A DNA stretch of 28,493 nt from an uncultured bacterium (GTDB lineage Bacteria; Schekmanbacteria; GWA2-38-11; J061), in the NCBI GenBank assembly GCA_964549305.1, contig CAZJVM010000019.1, positions 1-28,493 on the forward strand, read 5' to 3'. Every line of letters starts with the position of its first letter. The stretch's first letter is position 1. This document shows, one piece after another, positions 18,381-27,844 of this stretch. Position numbers and translations under genes: made by a program. Under the pieces are notes generated by a model. That model saw nothing but the letters and a program-made list of their open reading frames with translations, had not been told where the DNA came from and did no database searches.

Positions 18381-19409
18381 TTATGATAAAATAAGCACAT
18401 TTGCACCGCGGATATCGCCCTTTTTTATCTTTGCAAGAACATCGTTCGCATCTTCGAGAGGAAAAGTACTTATTTCGGGCCTGAGTTTCATCTCATCTGC
18501 AAGAGATAGAAACTCTTTTACATCCCGTCTTGTCACATTTGCAACGCTTTTAATCTCTTTTTCAAGCCAAAGATGTTCGGGATAGTCAATATTTAGCAGA
18601 TTATCCTTATCGTTTTCCTCTTTTCTTATAGCATTTATGACAAGACGTCCTGAAGGACCAAGCTTTTTCATAGATTCTACTACAGGCATCCACGCCGGTG
18701 TCGTGTCGATGACAGCGTCGAGTTTAGTGGAAGGCGCATCTTGAATACCTCCCGTCCACACTGCACCCAATTCGAGGGCAAAACGGCGTTCTTCTTCACT
18801 TCTGGCAAATACATAGACAGGACTTTCGGAATATTTGTGTCTTGCCATCTTCAAAACGAGGTGTCCCGATGCGCCAAAACCTGTCAATCCAAGCTTGTCG
18901 CCGTTTTTTATTCCTGTAAGGGCAAGAGATCTGTAACCGATTGCGCCCGCGCATAGAAGAGGCGCCGCTTCAATATCCGAAAGATATTCAGGTATTTCAT
19001 ATGAAAAATCCGCCCTGACTGTCATATATTCGGCATAACCTCCGTTTACATCCCTCCCCGTAGCTTTGAAATGAGAGCAAAGATTTTCCCTTCCGGTTAT
19101 GCACAACTTGCATTTTCCACAGGCGGAATGTATCCAGGCAACACCTACACGCCTTCCGTACACATTTTTTTCAACATTTTTCCCCGCTTTTTCCACAATC
19201 CCCACAACCTGATGCCCGGGAACCACGGGGAATTCAGGAGGTGGAGTTCTTCCTTCGATTTCATCAATTTCCGTATGGCACACAGCGCAGGCATTCACCT
19301 TTATCAAAATCTCGTCATCCTTTGGTTCGGGAATCGGCAAATCTTTTATTTCAAGAGGGCGTTCATCTTCATTTAGTGATGATATCTTATTTAAAATCAA
19401 TGCTTTCAT
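18381..19409 (-). CDS. Zinc-dependent alcohol dehydrogenase family protein
   Basis: CHTE, PGHQVVG, structural Zn C-x2-C-x2-C-x7-C, GGYAEY, APLLCAG and GFGASG. Confidence 0.92.
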   Translation of the reverse strand: MKALILNKISSLNEDERPLEIKDLPIPEPKDDEILIKVNACAVCHTEIDEIEGRTPPPEFPVVPGHQVVGIVEKAGKNVEKNVYGRRVGVAWIHSACGKCKLCITGRENLCSHFKATGRDVNGGYAEYMTVRADFSYEIPEYLSDIEAAPLLCAGAIGYRSLALTGIKNGDKLGLTGFGASGHLVLKMARHKYSESPVYVFARSEEERRFALELGAVWTGGIQDAPSTKLDAVIDTTPAWMPVVESMKKLGPSGRLVINAIRKEENDKDNLLNIDYPEHLWLEKEIKSVANVTRRDVKEFLSLADEMKLRPEISTFPLEDANDVLAKIKKGDIRGANVLILS

Positions 19410-19430
19410 CGTATATCAGCCCTTTCGCGG

Positions 19431-20471
19431 TTAAAGACTGTGCACCAGATCAACGAGAAATTTAACTTTTTCAGGCGGAGTACCCCTTACAATCCACCCA
19501 CCGAGACTGAAGATGTGGGAAAGCGCATTTTTTCCTTCTTCCACAATCCCGCGCACCCTTTTTTCGATTACATCTTCCGGGGCAAAGAGGCAGTGAGGTT
19601 CGAGATTGCCCTGCACAACCTGATTTTCGCCAAGTCGTTTTATTGCATCGGACATCTTTATAGTCCAGTCAAATCCGACCACATCGATATCAAGCTCATT
19701 TAACGGCGCGGACATAAAACTCGTGCCGTCTGAGGCGAAAAAAACTGCCGCACCTGCGTTCTTTATAGATTTTACAAGGCGCGTCGCATAGGGATAGCAG
19801 AATTCAAGGTAATTATGAGGTGACATCGACGAAGGTGAGAAAAGGTCCAAGACCATAATGATGTCAGCGCCCGCCTCAACCTGCGCGGGAATGAATTTCT
19901 CATACATTGAGGTTATTTTATCCAAAAGCTTGTGAAAAAGGGCGGGTTTTTCATAAATCATCCGTTTCAGTCTGTTAAAAGGCGTAACTCCCGAAGGAAA
20001 ACCGCCTTCCACAAGGAATGCCGATGTGCTAAGCGGCGCGCCAACCCATCCGATCAGGGGGACTTTTCCCTGTAGCGCCTTTTTCCCCAGGCGCATTCCC
20101 TCAAGCCATACCTTCATTGCCTCTTCAGGTTCGGGGATAGAGAACTTTTCTATATCCGATTCGCTCCTTATGGGATTTGAAACAACTCTCGAAGGGTCTT
20201 TCAGTCCAAAATTAATCTTTGCGCCGAATGCCTCGAGAAGAATGGAGAGGTCTGACATATGAATTGCCGCATCAAATCCAAAATCCTCGATGGGTGCAAC
20301 GGTGCATTCAGCGCTCAACTCCGGATTTTTACAGATTCCTTCAAATCCATACTTCTTTTCAAGCTCGAGAAAACGCCGTGTTATTAGCATCTGAATTTCA
20401 ATGACAATGGGCATTTTCGAAGGACACCTGCCCTGTGCCGCCTCCATATAAATCATTTTATCCTGCGACAT
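19431..20471 (-). CDS. Uroporphyrinogen-decarboxylase (HemE/URO-D) family protein, divergent
   Basis: FDAAIHMSDL, VPLIGWVGAP, AQVEAGAD, VGFDW, VQGNLEP and HIFSLG...TPPEKV follow the HemE scaffold. The RQAGR motif is absent. Confidence 0.8.
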   Translation of the reverse strand: MSQDKMIYMEAAQGRCPSKMPIVIEIQMLITRRFLELEKKYGFEGICKNPELSAECTVAPIEDFGFDAAIHMSDLSILLEAFGAKINFGLKDPSRVVSNPIRSESDIEKFSIPEPEEAMKVWLEGMRLGKKALQGKVPLIGWVGAPLSTSAFLVEGGFPSGVTPFNRLKRMIYEKPALFHKLLDKITSMYEKFIPAQVEAGADIIMVLDLFSPSSMSPHNYLEFCYPYATRLVKSIKNAGAAVFFASDGTSFMSAPLNELDIDVVGFDWTIKMSDAIKRLGENQVVQGNLEPHCLFAPEDVIEKRVRGIVEEGKNALSHIFSLGGWIVRGTPPEKVKFLVDLVHSL

Positions 20472-20553
20472 TTTAACTCCCTCCCTTTTTTTGAGAAAGG
20501 ATAAAATAAATTCCCTGTCAATGCAAGATTCAAAAGGTGGCGTGAATTAAAAA

Positions 20554-20569
20554 TGTTCCACGTGGAACA
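20554..20569. promoter_or_regulatory. parS site 1
   Basis: Perfect TGTTCCACGTGGAACA, upstream of parAB. Confidence 0.95.
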
Positions 20570-20778
20570 TTTCACCCTGTTAAAAAGATGTTTAAAAGTT
20601 TATATTTTTATAACCGAAATCTTTATCTATTTGATTTTAAAGGTTTTTTATTGCCAAAACCCTTTTTTTCTTTATTAACAGGTTATCAACACTAAAAATA
20701 TCTGAAACAAAAAAAAGACCTTTGCTTTTTTATCTCCTTTGTGCTTATCTTGTGAAGGAGCTTTTAAAATATTTTAAA

Positions 20779-20794
20779 TGTTCCACGTGGAACA
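20779..20794. promoter_or_regulatory. parS site 2
   Basis: Perfect TGTTCCACGTGGAACA, about 85 bp upstream of parA. Confidence 0.95.
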
Positions 20795-20878
20795 TTTTTC
20801 AAGCTTGTATTTTTCTGTTGCCCATATTTTTTGAGTTCTGTAGTATGGGCTTGGTTTTTAATTTCCTTTGACTCATAG

Positions 20879-21670
20879 ATGGCTTATCAAAAAATGGGAA
20901 AGGTTATTGCCATAGCAAACCAGAAGGGAGGAGTGGGTAAAACCACGACCTCAATCAACCTTTCTGCCTGTCTCGGTAAAAAAGGGATAAGCACCCTTCT
21001 AATAGACCTCGACCCTCAGGGAAACGCAACAAGCGGACTTGGACTGAATCACGCAGGCACCACTAAATCCATTTATCGCGCTATTCTCGGCAGGAAAACA
21101 ATATCGGAAGTGCTCGCTGACAGCGTTTTTCCTCAACTTAAGGTAATTCCCTCCACAGACGAGCTTTTCGGCGCGGAGGTAGAACTTATGGATGTTTCAC
21201 CGCGCGAATCCCTTCTGAAAAGCTGTCTTGGCGACATAATCGACGATTTCCAGTATATCATCATAGACTGCCCACCGTCACTTGGCGTTTTAACCGTAAA
21301 TGCCCTTTGCGCGGCGGATTCCGTCCTAATTCCTCTTCAGTGTGAATACTACGCCCTCGAAGGCGTTGCTCAAATTCTCACCACAATCGGCAAAATAAAG
21401 GAAGCGCTCAATCCCGGACTCTACATTGAAGGAATTCTCCTTACAATGCAGGATTTAAGGACAAATCTTTCCGGCGAAGTATGTGAAAATGTGAGGGAAC
21501 AATTTGGGGATAAAGTGTTTAAAACGGTAATTCCGAGAAATGTACGCCTCTCTGAAGCGCCGAGTTATGGACAACCTATTATTCTTTATGACCCGAATTC
21601 AAAGGGCGCGGAAACCTATAAACAACTTACAGAGGAAATTATAAACAATGAAAAGGAAATCGCTGGGTAA
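20879..21670 (+). CDS. parA: Chromosome partitioning ATPase ParA/Soj
   Basis: ANQKGGVGKTTT, DLDPQGNAT, IIDCPPSLG, QCEYYALEG and IPRNVRLSEAPSYG. Start could be ATG 20894. Confidence 0.97.
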   Translation: MAYQKMGKVIAIANQKGGVGKTTTSINLSACLGKKGISTLLIDLDPQGNATSGLGLNHAGTTKSIYRAILGRKTISEVLADSVFPQLKVIPSTDELFGAEVELMDVSPRESLLKSCLGDIIDDFQYIIIDCPPSLGVLTVNALCAADSVLIPLQCEYYALEGVAQILTTIGKIKEALNPGLYIEGILLTMQDLRTNLSGEVCENVREQFGDKVFKTVIPRNVRLSEAPSYGQPIILYDPNSKGAETYKQLTEEIINNEKEIAG

Positions 21671-22508
21671 GGGACTGGACGCGTTAATATCGCCAAAAGG
21701 CAAAATAGACGGTGATAAAAAAGATTATGTTTCCAATATTGAAGTAAAGGATATAAAACCGGGACCTCATCAGCCAAGAAAAAGCTTTGACGACGACAAG
21801 ATGAAAGAGCTCATATCTTCAATCAGGACAAAAGGCGTCATTCAGCCGATTCTCGTGAAGAAAACAGGGAAACACTTTACCATTATCGCCGGTGAAAGAA
21901 GGTGGAGAGCGGCTAAAAAGGCAGATCTCAAGAAAATCCCCGCAATTATAAAGAATATTTCAAATAAAGAGCTTGAGGAGATAGCGCTGATTGAAAACAT
22001 TCAGCGCGAGGATTTAAATCCCATCGAGGAAGCACAGGCATACAAACACCTTATGGAAGACCACAACCTGAACCAGAATGAGCTTGCATCGTTAGTTGGA
22101 AAGGAAAGAAGCACCATAACAAACTACCTAAGATTACTGAAACTTCCAAAAAAGGTGAGAAACTATCTACTTGAAAACAAAATATCGATGGGGCATGCAC
22201 GCGTTTTATGCGGTGTCGACGATGAAGCAAAACAGACTGACCTTGCGGAAATGATTATCAGAGACAATCTGTCCGTACGACAAACCGAAAAAATTGCTTC
22301 TAAAGGAATTAAAGTCGAAAAAAAGAAAAAAGAACACAAAGGCAAACAGGTTTCTCCGGAAATTCTTTCCCTCGAGGAAAAGTTGAGAAGCGCTCTTGCA
22401 ACAAAGGTAAAGCTTTCTCATAACGAAAAGACAAACCACGGAAAGATTACCATCGAATATTACTCCCTTGATGAATTGGACAGGATGCTGGACATACTAA
22501 CTGAATAA
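21648..22508 (+). CDS. parB: Chromosome partitioning CTPase ParB/Spo0J
   Basis: LGKGLDALI, QPRK.F, GVIQPI, IIAGERRWRA, ENIQREDLNPIEEA, HTH GKERSTITNYLRLL and GHAR. Confidence 0.97.
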   Translation: MKRKSLGKGLDALISPKGKIDGDKKDYVSNIEVKDIKPGPHQPRKSFDDDKMKELISSIRTKGVIQPILVKKTGKHFTIIAGERRWRAAKKADLKKIPAIIKNISNKELEEIALIENIQREDLNPIEEAQAYKHLMEDHNLNQNELASLVGKERSTITNYLRLLKLPKKVRNYLLENKISMGHARVLCGVDDEAKQTDLAEMIIRDNLSVRQTEKIASKGIKVEKKKKEHKGKQVSPEILSLEEKLRSALATKVKLSHNEKTNHGKITIEYYSLDELDRMLDILTE

Positions 22509-22558
22509 CCAATGCTGTAGCTCTTATGCCCATACTGGCTATATAGTTGATATAACAG

Positions 22559-23956
22559 CTAAATATTTTCCATAAGTTTTTTATGGAGATTCCCGAAATC
22601 GCCGTTGCTCATTACGATGACAATATCTCCGGTTTTTACAATTTCGCAAATATACTTCACGATTGAATCTGCATTTTCAATAAAATGCGCGTCTTTCCCC
22701 CTGTTTTGAAGCGATTTTACAACATTCTGTGACGAAAAACGGGTTTTTTCATCAAGCACGTCCTTGTTGAACGGTTCGGCAAGTATTGAAATATCCGCTG
22801 AATCAAATGCTTCCGAATATTCTTTCTCAAAGATATTTCTCCTGCTCGAGTTTGACCTTGGTTCAAAAACGGCAATTATTCGCTTCCCCGTAAATCTTGC
22901 CCTGAAACCCTCGAGAGTTTTTCTCACAGCAGTTGGGTGATGGGCAAAATCATCATATATTTCAATATCATTTTTCACTCCGAACAACTCCTGCCTCCTT
23001 TTTACTCCGCTGAAACCGGAAACTTTTTCACAGGCATTCTTCAAATCCAAACCCATTAACCTAATTACAGCAATCGCACCCGTAAGGTTCGCGTAATTAT
23101 GTTTTCCCATAAGTTTTGTATTGAATGCAATTTCACCCTCTTCTTTCATAACGACAGAAACTCTTCCCTTTTTCTCATCAATATCCTTTATAATCCAGTC
23201 ATTTGAATCATCATAACCGTATGTAATTACCGGGCATTTTGCCCCTGAAAGCACTCTTTTTACATTTTCGCTGTCACCGAATGCGGCGATCGCGCCATTT
23301 GCCGGAATCAAATCGATAAGTTTTGAAAAATTGGAAAGAATATGCTCCAGGTCGCGGTAAATGTCCGCGTGGTCAAATTCGATATCGTTTAAGAGGAGAT
23401 AGTCAGGATAATAATGCAGAAACTTCGGACCCTTGTCGAAAAATGCCGTATCATACTCGTCACCTTCGCTGACAAAGCAGTTACCACTTCCGATTCTGTA
23501 ATTTTTCCCGAAATCTACGGGCACTCCTCCTATCATAAATCCCGCGTCCTCCCCCAACTCATTCAAAAGATATGCAAGCGCTGAAGATGTGGTGGTCTTT
23601 CCGTGAGTGCCTGCGGCGACTACCGACTTTTTTCCCTTTATGAAATTATTCCACAGCGTTTCAGGAAAGGAAAAGCAGGGAATTTCCCGCCTCTTTAACT
23701 CAACTGCATCGGGATTGTCACGGGAAACGGCATTGCCGATTACGGCAAAGTCAACTTCTTCGGGGATATTCTCTTTCGAATAACCGATTTTAACAGGAAT
23801 CGACAACTCTCTGATAAGCTCGCTCGTAGGATAATAAAGCCCCTTGTCAGAACCGGAAACGTCAAATCCCGATGTCTTGAGCATTCCCGCAAGAGCGCTC
23901 ATTCCCGTACCGCCTATGGCAACAACATAAACCGATTTCCCCTTTTTCAGCGTCAA
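22559..23956 (-). CDS. mpl: Murein peptide ligase Mpl (MurC-like)
   Basis: IGGTGMSALA, GNAVSRDNP, AGTHGKTTTS, EGDEYDTAFFDKGPKFLHY, IEFDHADIY, DDFAHHPTA, FEPRSNS and MSNGDFG. TTG start overlaps the upstream TGA. Confidence 0.9.
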   Translation of the reverse strand: MTLKKGKSVYVVAIGGTGMSALAGMLKTSGFDVSGSDKGLYYPTSELIRELSIPVKIGYSKENIPEEVDFAVIGNAVSRDNPDAVELKRREIPCFSFPETLWNNFIKGKKSVVAAGTHGKTTTSSALAYLLNELGEDAGFMIGGVPVDFGKNYRIGSGNCFVSEGDEYDTAFFDKGPKFLHYYPDYLLLNDIEFDHADIYRDLEHILSNFSKLIDLIPANGAIAAFGDSENVKRVLSGAKCPVITYGYDDSNDWIIKDIDEKKGRVSVVMKEEGEIAFNTKLMGKHNYANLTGAIAVIRLMGLDLKNACEKVSGFSGVKRRQELFGVKNDIEIYDDFAHHPTAVRKTLEGFRARFTGKRIIAVFEPRSNSSRRNIFEKEYSEAFDSADISILAEPFNKDVLDEKTRFSSQNVVKSLQNRGKDAHFIENADSIVKYICEIVKTGDIVIVMSNGDFGNLHKKLMENI

Positions 23957-25128
23957 CCCTCCGTCCTAAGGGGTTTTGGCGGATAAATTTTTGAGGCGCC
24001 CAGCACATTCATTACGGCATCGTGAATAACAGGGCGCGCCTTTACGAATTTCCTGTTAGCCCTGTCAGGATGCACTCTGTTTGAAAGAAGGGCAACAACA
24101 ACCTCCTTTTTCGTATCAATCCAGAGAGATGAGCCCGTATATCCAGGATGCCCTATGGACTCCTTGGAGAAGAAATGTCCCGACGTGGAAAATCCCTCTG
24201 AAGGGGTGTCCCACCCTATTGCCCACGATGAGCTTCTGTCAATGAGCTGGCGCTTTGAAAACTCCCTTACAATTCTCTGATGAAGAAAATCGCTCCTTCC
24301 GTGAAAGCAGTCAAGGATTACCATGCCGAATTTATAGACATCCGCCGCAGTGGAAAAAAGCCCGGCGTGTGCCGACACACCGCCCATGGCGTAACAGTTA
24401 TCATCGTGGACTTCTCCGCGAATGAGGCAGTTCCGCCATTTGGAATCCTCCGTAGGCGCGATTCTTTCAAGCCGGTCACCGGTCAATGTTTTTTCTTTAT
24501 CTTCAAGGTTGATAAAAAAAGTGTCCTCAAGCCCCAGGGGCGAAAATATCTCCCTTCGGCAAAATTCATCGAAGGCCTCGCCGGTTATCATCTCTATTAT
24601 TTCGCCTAAAATTATAAATCCTATGTCGCTGTACTTCGTAACGGAAAAGTCTTTATTTACAAGCTCCTGCGAGTTTGCAATGGAATAGACCAGATTCTTT
24701 CCCCGCTTATTCGCGAGCAACCGGGTCCCGCCCACTGTTTCCTTCCTTCTTATCTCCTCAAAAAAGGGATACCAGTCGGCAAGTCCCGACACATGGCAGA
24801 GAAGATGCTTCAGTCTGACCGCGCTTTTCTCCTCTTCACGAAACTCATCGATAAACTCAGAAACTTTCATTTCGATATTGAGTTTTCCTTTTTGCACAAG
24901 AAGCATTACCGCCGTTGCAGTTGCCATCACTTTTGTCACTGAGGCAATATCGTAGATTGTGTTGACGCTGTTTGGCAACTCCTCGGGAACAAGCTGTTTT
25001 TTCCCGTATGATTCCAGCAGAAAATTTTCGTCCTTCCTGCCTGCGGCAACTACCACGCCCGGCATTGTCTTATCATTCAAAATCGATTGCACGGTTTCCC
25101 CGAGCATTTCAAGATTAAGATTTGTCAA
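23953..25128 (-). CDS. Serine hydrolase, beta-lactamase/PBP-like family (AmiE/YbbE-like)
   Basis: YDIASVTK (SxxK), YSD, GEVHDDN...GGVSAHAGLFS, GHPGYTGS and LSNRVHP. No signal peptide. Confidence 0.85.
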   Translation of the reverse strand: MTNLNLEMLGETVQSILNDKTMPGVVVAAGRKDENFLLESYGKKQLVPEELPNSVNTIYDIASVTKVMATATAVMLLVQKGKLNIEMKVSEFIDEFREEEKSAVRLKHLLCHVSGLADWYPFFEEIRRKETVGGTRLLANKRGKNLVYSIANSQELVNKDFSVTKYSDIGFIILGEIIEMITGEAFDEFCRREIFSPLGLEDTFFINLEDKEKTLTGDRLERIAPTEDSKWRNCLIRGEVHDDNCYAMGGVSAHAGLFSTAADVYKFGMVILDCFHGRSDFLHQRIVREFSKRQLIDRSSSWAIGWDTPSEGFSTSGHFFSKESIGHPGYTGSSLWIDTKKEVVVALLSNRVHPDRANRKFVKARPVIHDAVMNVLGASKIYPPKPLRTEG

Positions 25129-26059
25129 TTACAGATTCTCCTTCTATTTCAATGTTTCCCTTGTCGCCGTCCATTGCAACGATTCCCCCCACGGGCAGTG
25201 TGAGCGACCCTTCGCCGTGCCCCGTGGGAAAGTTGCAGCAGACCGGATAATCGTATTCTTTTGTAAACTCCGCTACAATTTCTTCAACAAGACTGTTCCA
25301 CTCCTCTTTTTTCCGTCCCAGTCCGTTCACTATCTGGCATATTACAAGGCCGGAAAGTTTAGCGAGTTTGCCTTTCTCCTTCAACTGCCAGAGCATTCTT
25401 TCTACCCTGTAGGGCGCTTCGGCAATATCCTCGAGAAAAAGAATGTTCCCCCGCGTTTCTATTTCCCACTTGGTACCTATTACGGAATTCATAACAGAAA
25501 GGCATCCGCCCGAAAGCGTGCTCCGCCCCTTTCCGCCCTTCAGAAATTTGATTCCGTCCTTCTTTCCCAGCTTAAAAGATTTCCCCTTAGCGGCAAGGTC
25601 GAAAAAGAACCGAAACTCTTCTTCATAATTTTTAACAGTGCTGTTTCCCGCGGACATAGGCCCGTAGAAGGAAACCATCGCGCATTTTTGCAGAAGCGCG
25701 GCATTTATAAGGGTTATGTCGCTCGAACCGCAGAAAACCTTGGGGTTTTTTCCAATGGTTTTAAAATCAAGAAAAGGGAGAATTCTGCAGGCGCCGAAAC
25801 CGCCGCGCGCAGCAATTATTCCTTTTACTTCTTTATCCCTGAACGCGTTGTTTATAATCTCGGCGCGAAGTTTGTCGCTTCCGGCAAAATATCTTTTTTT
25901 CTCGAAGATGCGCTCATCGTAACAGGTTTCAAAACCGCACTCTTCGATAATCTCGATACCACGGAAAAAATGCTTCTCTTTAAAAATTCCCGAAGGCGCC
26001 ACAATGCAAAGAAGGTCTCCCTTTTTAAGCCCTGCCGGTTTTATAATTTTATTATGCAT
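25115..26059 (-). CDS. ldcA: LD-carboxypeptidase (peptidase S66, LdcA-like)
   Basis: IVAPS, ARGGFG, GSSDIT (Ser), LFLED (Glu) and TGH (His) give the S66 triad. Confidence 0.88.
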   Translation of the reverse strand: MHNKIIKPAGLKKGDLLCIVAPSGIFKEKHFFRGIEIIEECGFETCYDERIFEKKRYFAGSDKLRAEIINNAFRDKEVKGIIAARGGFGACRILPFLDFKTIGKNPKVFCGSSDITLINAALLQKCAMVSFYGPMSAGNSTVKNYEEEFRFFFDLAAKGKSFKLGKKDGIKFLKGGKGRSTLSGGCLSVMNSVIGTKWEIETRGNILFLEDIAEAPYRVERMLWQLKEKGKLAKLSGLVICQIVNGLGRKKEEWNSLVEEIVAEFTKEYDYPVCCNFPTGHGEGSLTLPVGGIVAMDGDKGNIEIEGESVIDKS

Positions 26060-26223
26060 AAATCCTTACGGCAATTAAGCCTGTGGCATATTGCGGAATT
26101 GAGTAAATTAGAAATTCTAAACACCCCGGGTTTAATGACAATAAATTCAAATCAAATTATAATTACAACTGCGATTTATAGAAAGAAAATATATACTATT
26201 ATCTTACCAAAGTCTATTTCGCC

Positions 26224-26706
26224 ATGAAGAAAAAAAAAGAGATAAACTACGACGAGAAACGCCTCTTTGATTATGCCTGCTGGTATATTACGAGATACCC
26301 GTCTTCGCGCCTCAGGATGAAGGAAAAACTTTCCGAAAAAAACGAGGACCTCTCTGTTGTTGAAAAAGTGCTGATGCGCCTGGAATCCTTTGGATATATC
26401 GACGACAGAGCAGTGACGGAATCGGTGGTGAGAAGTTTCTGCAGGCGCGGTTACGGAAAAAGCAGGATTATTCTCAAACTTCGTGAGAAAAAAATCACCG
26501 ACAGAAAAATGATAGATGATGTACTTCAAAGCGAAGGCGCTGAAGAAAAGGAAGCGGAAGGTTTGAAAAAAATCATAGAAAAACGGTATGAAAAATACGA
26601 CACAGGAACACCGCCGGGCAGAAAGAGATTCATCGACTATCTTCTGCGAAGAGGTTTCAGGATGGAATCAATATTAAATGAACTTAGGACACGTGGAATT
26701 ATCTGA
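26224..26706 (+). CDS. recX: Regulatory protein RecX
   Basis: Three-helix repeats: RLESFGYIDD, GYGKSRIILKLREKKI and YLLRRGF. Confidence 0.8.
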   Translation: MKKKKEINYDEKRLFDYACWYITRYPSSRLRMKEKLSEKNEDLSVVEKVLMRLESFGYIDDRAVTESVVRSFCRRGYGKSRIILKLREKKITDRKMIDDVLQSEGAEEKEAEGLKKIIEKRYEKYDTGTPPGRKRFIDYLLRRGFRMESILNELRTRGII

Positions 26707-26766
26707 AAAATGAGCTCTTTTATAGCTCCCAAAATGTATTTTAGAAGTATTCCTCACATCCACGTG

Positions 26767-26835
26767 TTCTGTGTATTCCGTGGTAAAAAATTAAAATCAA
26801 AAACATTAACCACGAAACACAGTGACTGCACAGAA
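26767..26835. repeat. Degenerate inverted repeat (REP-like or terminator-like) downstream of recX
   Basis: TTCTGTGTATTCCGTGGT ... ACCACGAAACACAGTGACTGCACAGAA. The arms are partly complementary. Confidence 0.35.
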
Positions 26836-26971
26836 AAAAGAATATTGTGGTGGTGACATTTATTTCAATAAACAACCTCGATTTTCATAAATTTAATGAC
26901 TTCAATAAAATCAAAATGTTAAGCTTTCTAAAAAGCCGTTTTTAATATTTCCTGTAGAGCAGCGACCGGAT

Positions 26972-27748
26972 ATGGATAATAAAAATAATCAAACTCTCTA
27001 TTCTGAAATAATCAACAAAGAAATTTTGGACCAACTGCCTCGGGTGCTGGGCGAGGAAAAATCCCGAAGGATTCTTGAACGGGGAACGCTCACAGAAGAG
27101 GAGGCAAAAGAGATTGCCGCAACGCCCGAAGCCCCATCTGACCTTCTCGCCCTCATTGCAAAGACGACGGACTACGAGGACCTTTACACAATAAGGCGCG
27201 CGCTCATATCAAATCCCAAAACTCCGGTACACGTTTCAAAAAGCCTCATCGCATATCTTAACAAACACGACCTGATACAACTCCTCGACTCGAAAAACGT
27301 TCCCTTCTCCCTCAAAAACATCGTTCTTGAATATTTAAGGAATAAACTTCCGGAAATTCCCGCAGGAGAAAAAATATCTCTTGCAAGAAAGGCGCCGCGA
27401 AATCTTCTGCGTCTTCTTCTTTATGATGAAGACATAATGGTTTTTGAGGCATCCTTATGGAATCCCAAGCTAACGGAAGGCGACCTTCTTGTGCTTCTCC
27501 AGAAAAAAAGGGAGCATTCGCGTCTTCTTTCCGTTATTGCTTCACATCCTAAATGGAAAAACCGTTATCCCGTAAAACTTGCCCTTGTAAGAAATCCTTC
27601 AACTCCCGTCGATGTTTCACTGAGGTTTATTCCCCAGCTTCTTCTTCAGGACCTCGTTTCCCTTAACAATATTCCGGCCCTCAACAGAAGAATTCGTGAA
27701 TCCGTCAAAGAATTCATCGCCTTAAAAAAGCACAAAAAAAATTATTGA
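26972..27748 (+). CDS. Conserved hypothetical protein with LRV/HEAT-like helical repeats
   Basis: Recurring ALISNPKTP / SLWNPKLT / IASHPKW / ALVRNPSTP units. Confidence 0.6.
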   Translation: MDNKNNQTLYSEIINKEILDQLPRVLGEEKSRRILERGTLTEEEAKEIAATPEAPSDLLALIAKTTDYEDLYTIRRALISNPKTPVHVSKSLIAYLNKHDLIQLLDSKNVPFSLKNIVLEYLRNKLPEIPAGEKISLARKAPRNLLRLLLYDEDIMVFEASLWNPKLTEGDLLVLLQKKREHSRLLSVIASHPKWKNRYPVKLALVRNPSTPVDVSLRFIPQLLLQDLVSLNNIPALNRRIRESVKEFIALKKHKKNY

Positions 27749-27844
27749 GAACATGAAAATTTTATAGGCTTCTTGCCTGCTGTGTTAAAAATAATCTTCA
27801 ATGATAAAAATATTATTTTGTACAGATATAAGGAAAAATAACAT

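Noticed and set aside
24959-26227. 422-aa plus-strand ORF
   Set aside because: Antisense shadow of ldcA and the serine hydrolase, with a Phe-rich, motif-less translation.
26685-26700. parS-like CACGTGGAA at the end of recX
   Set aside because: Only 10 of 16 positions match and it is not palindromic.
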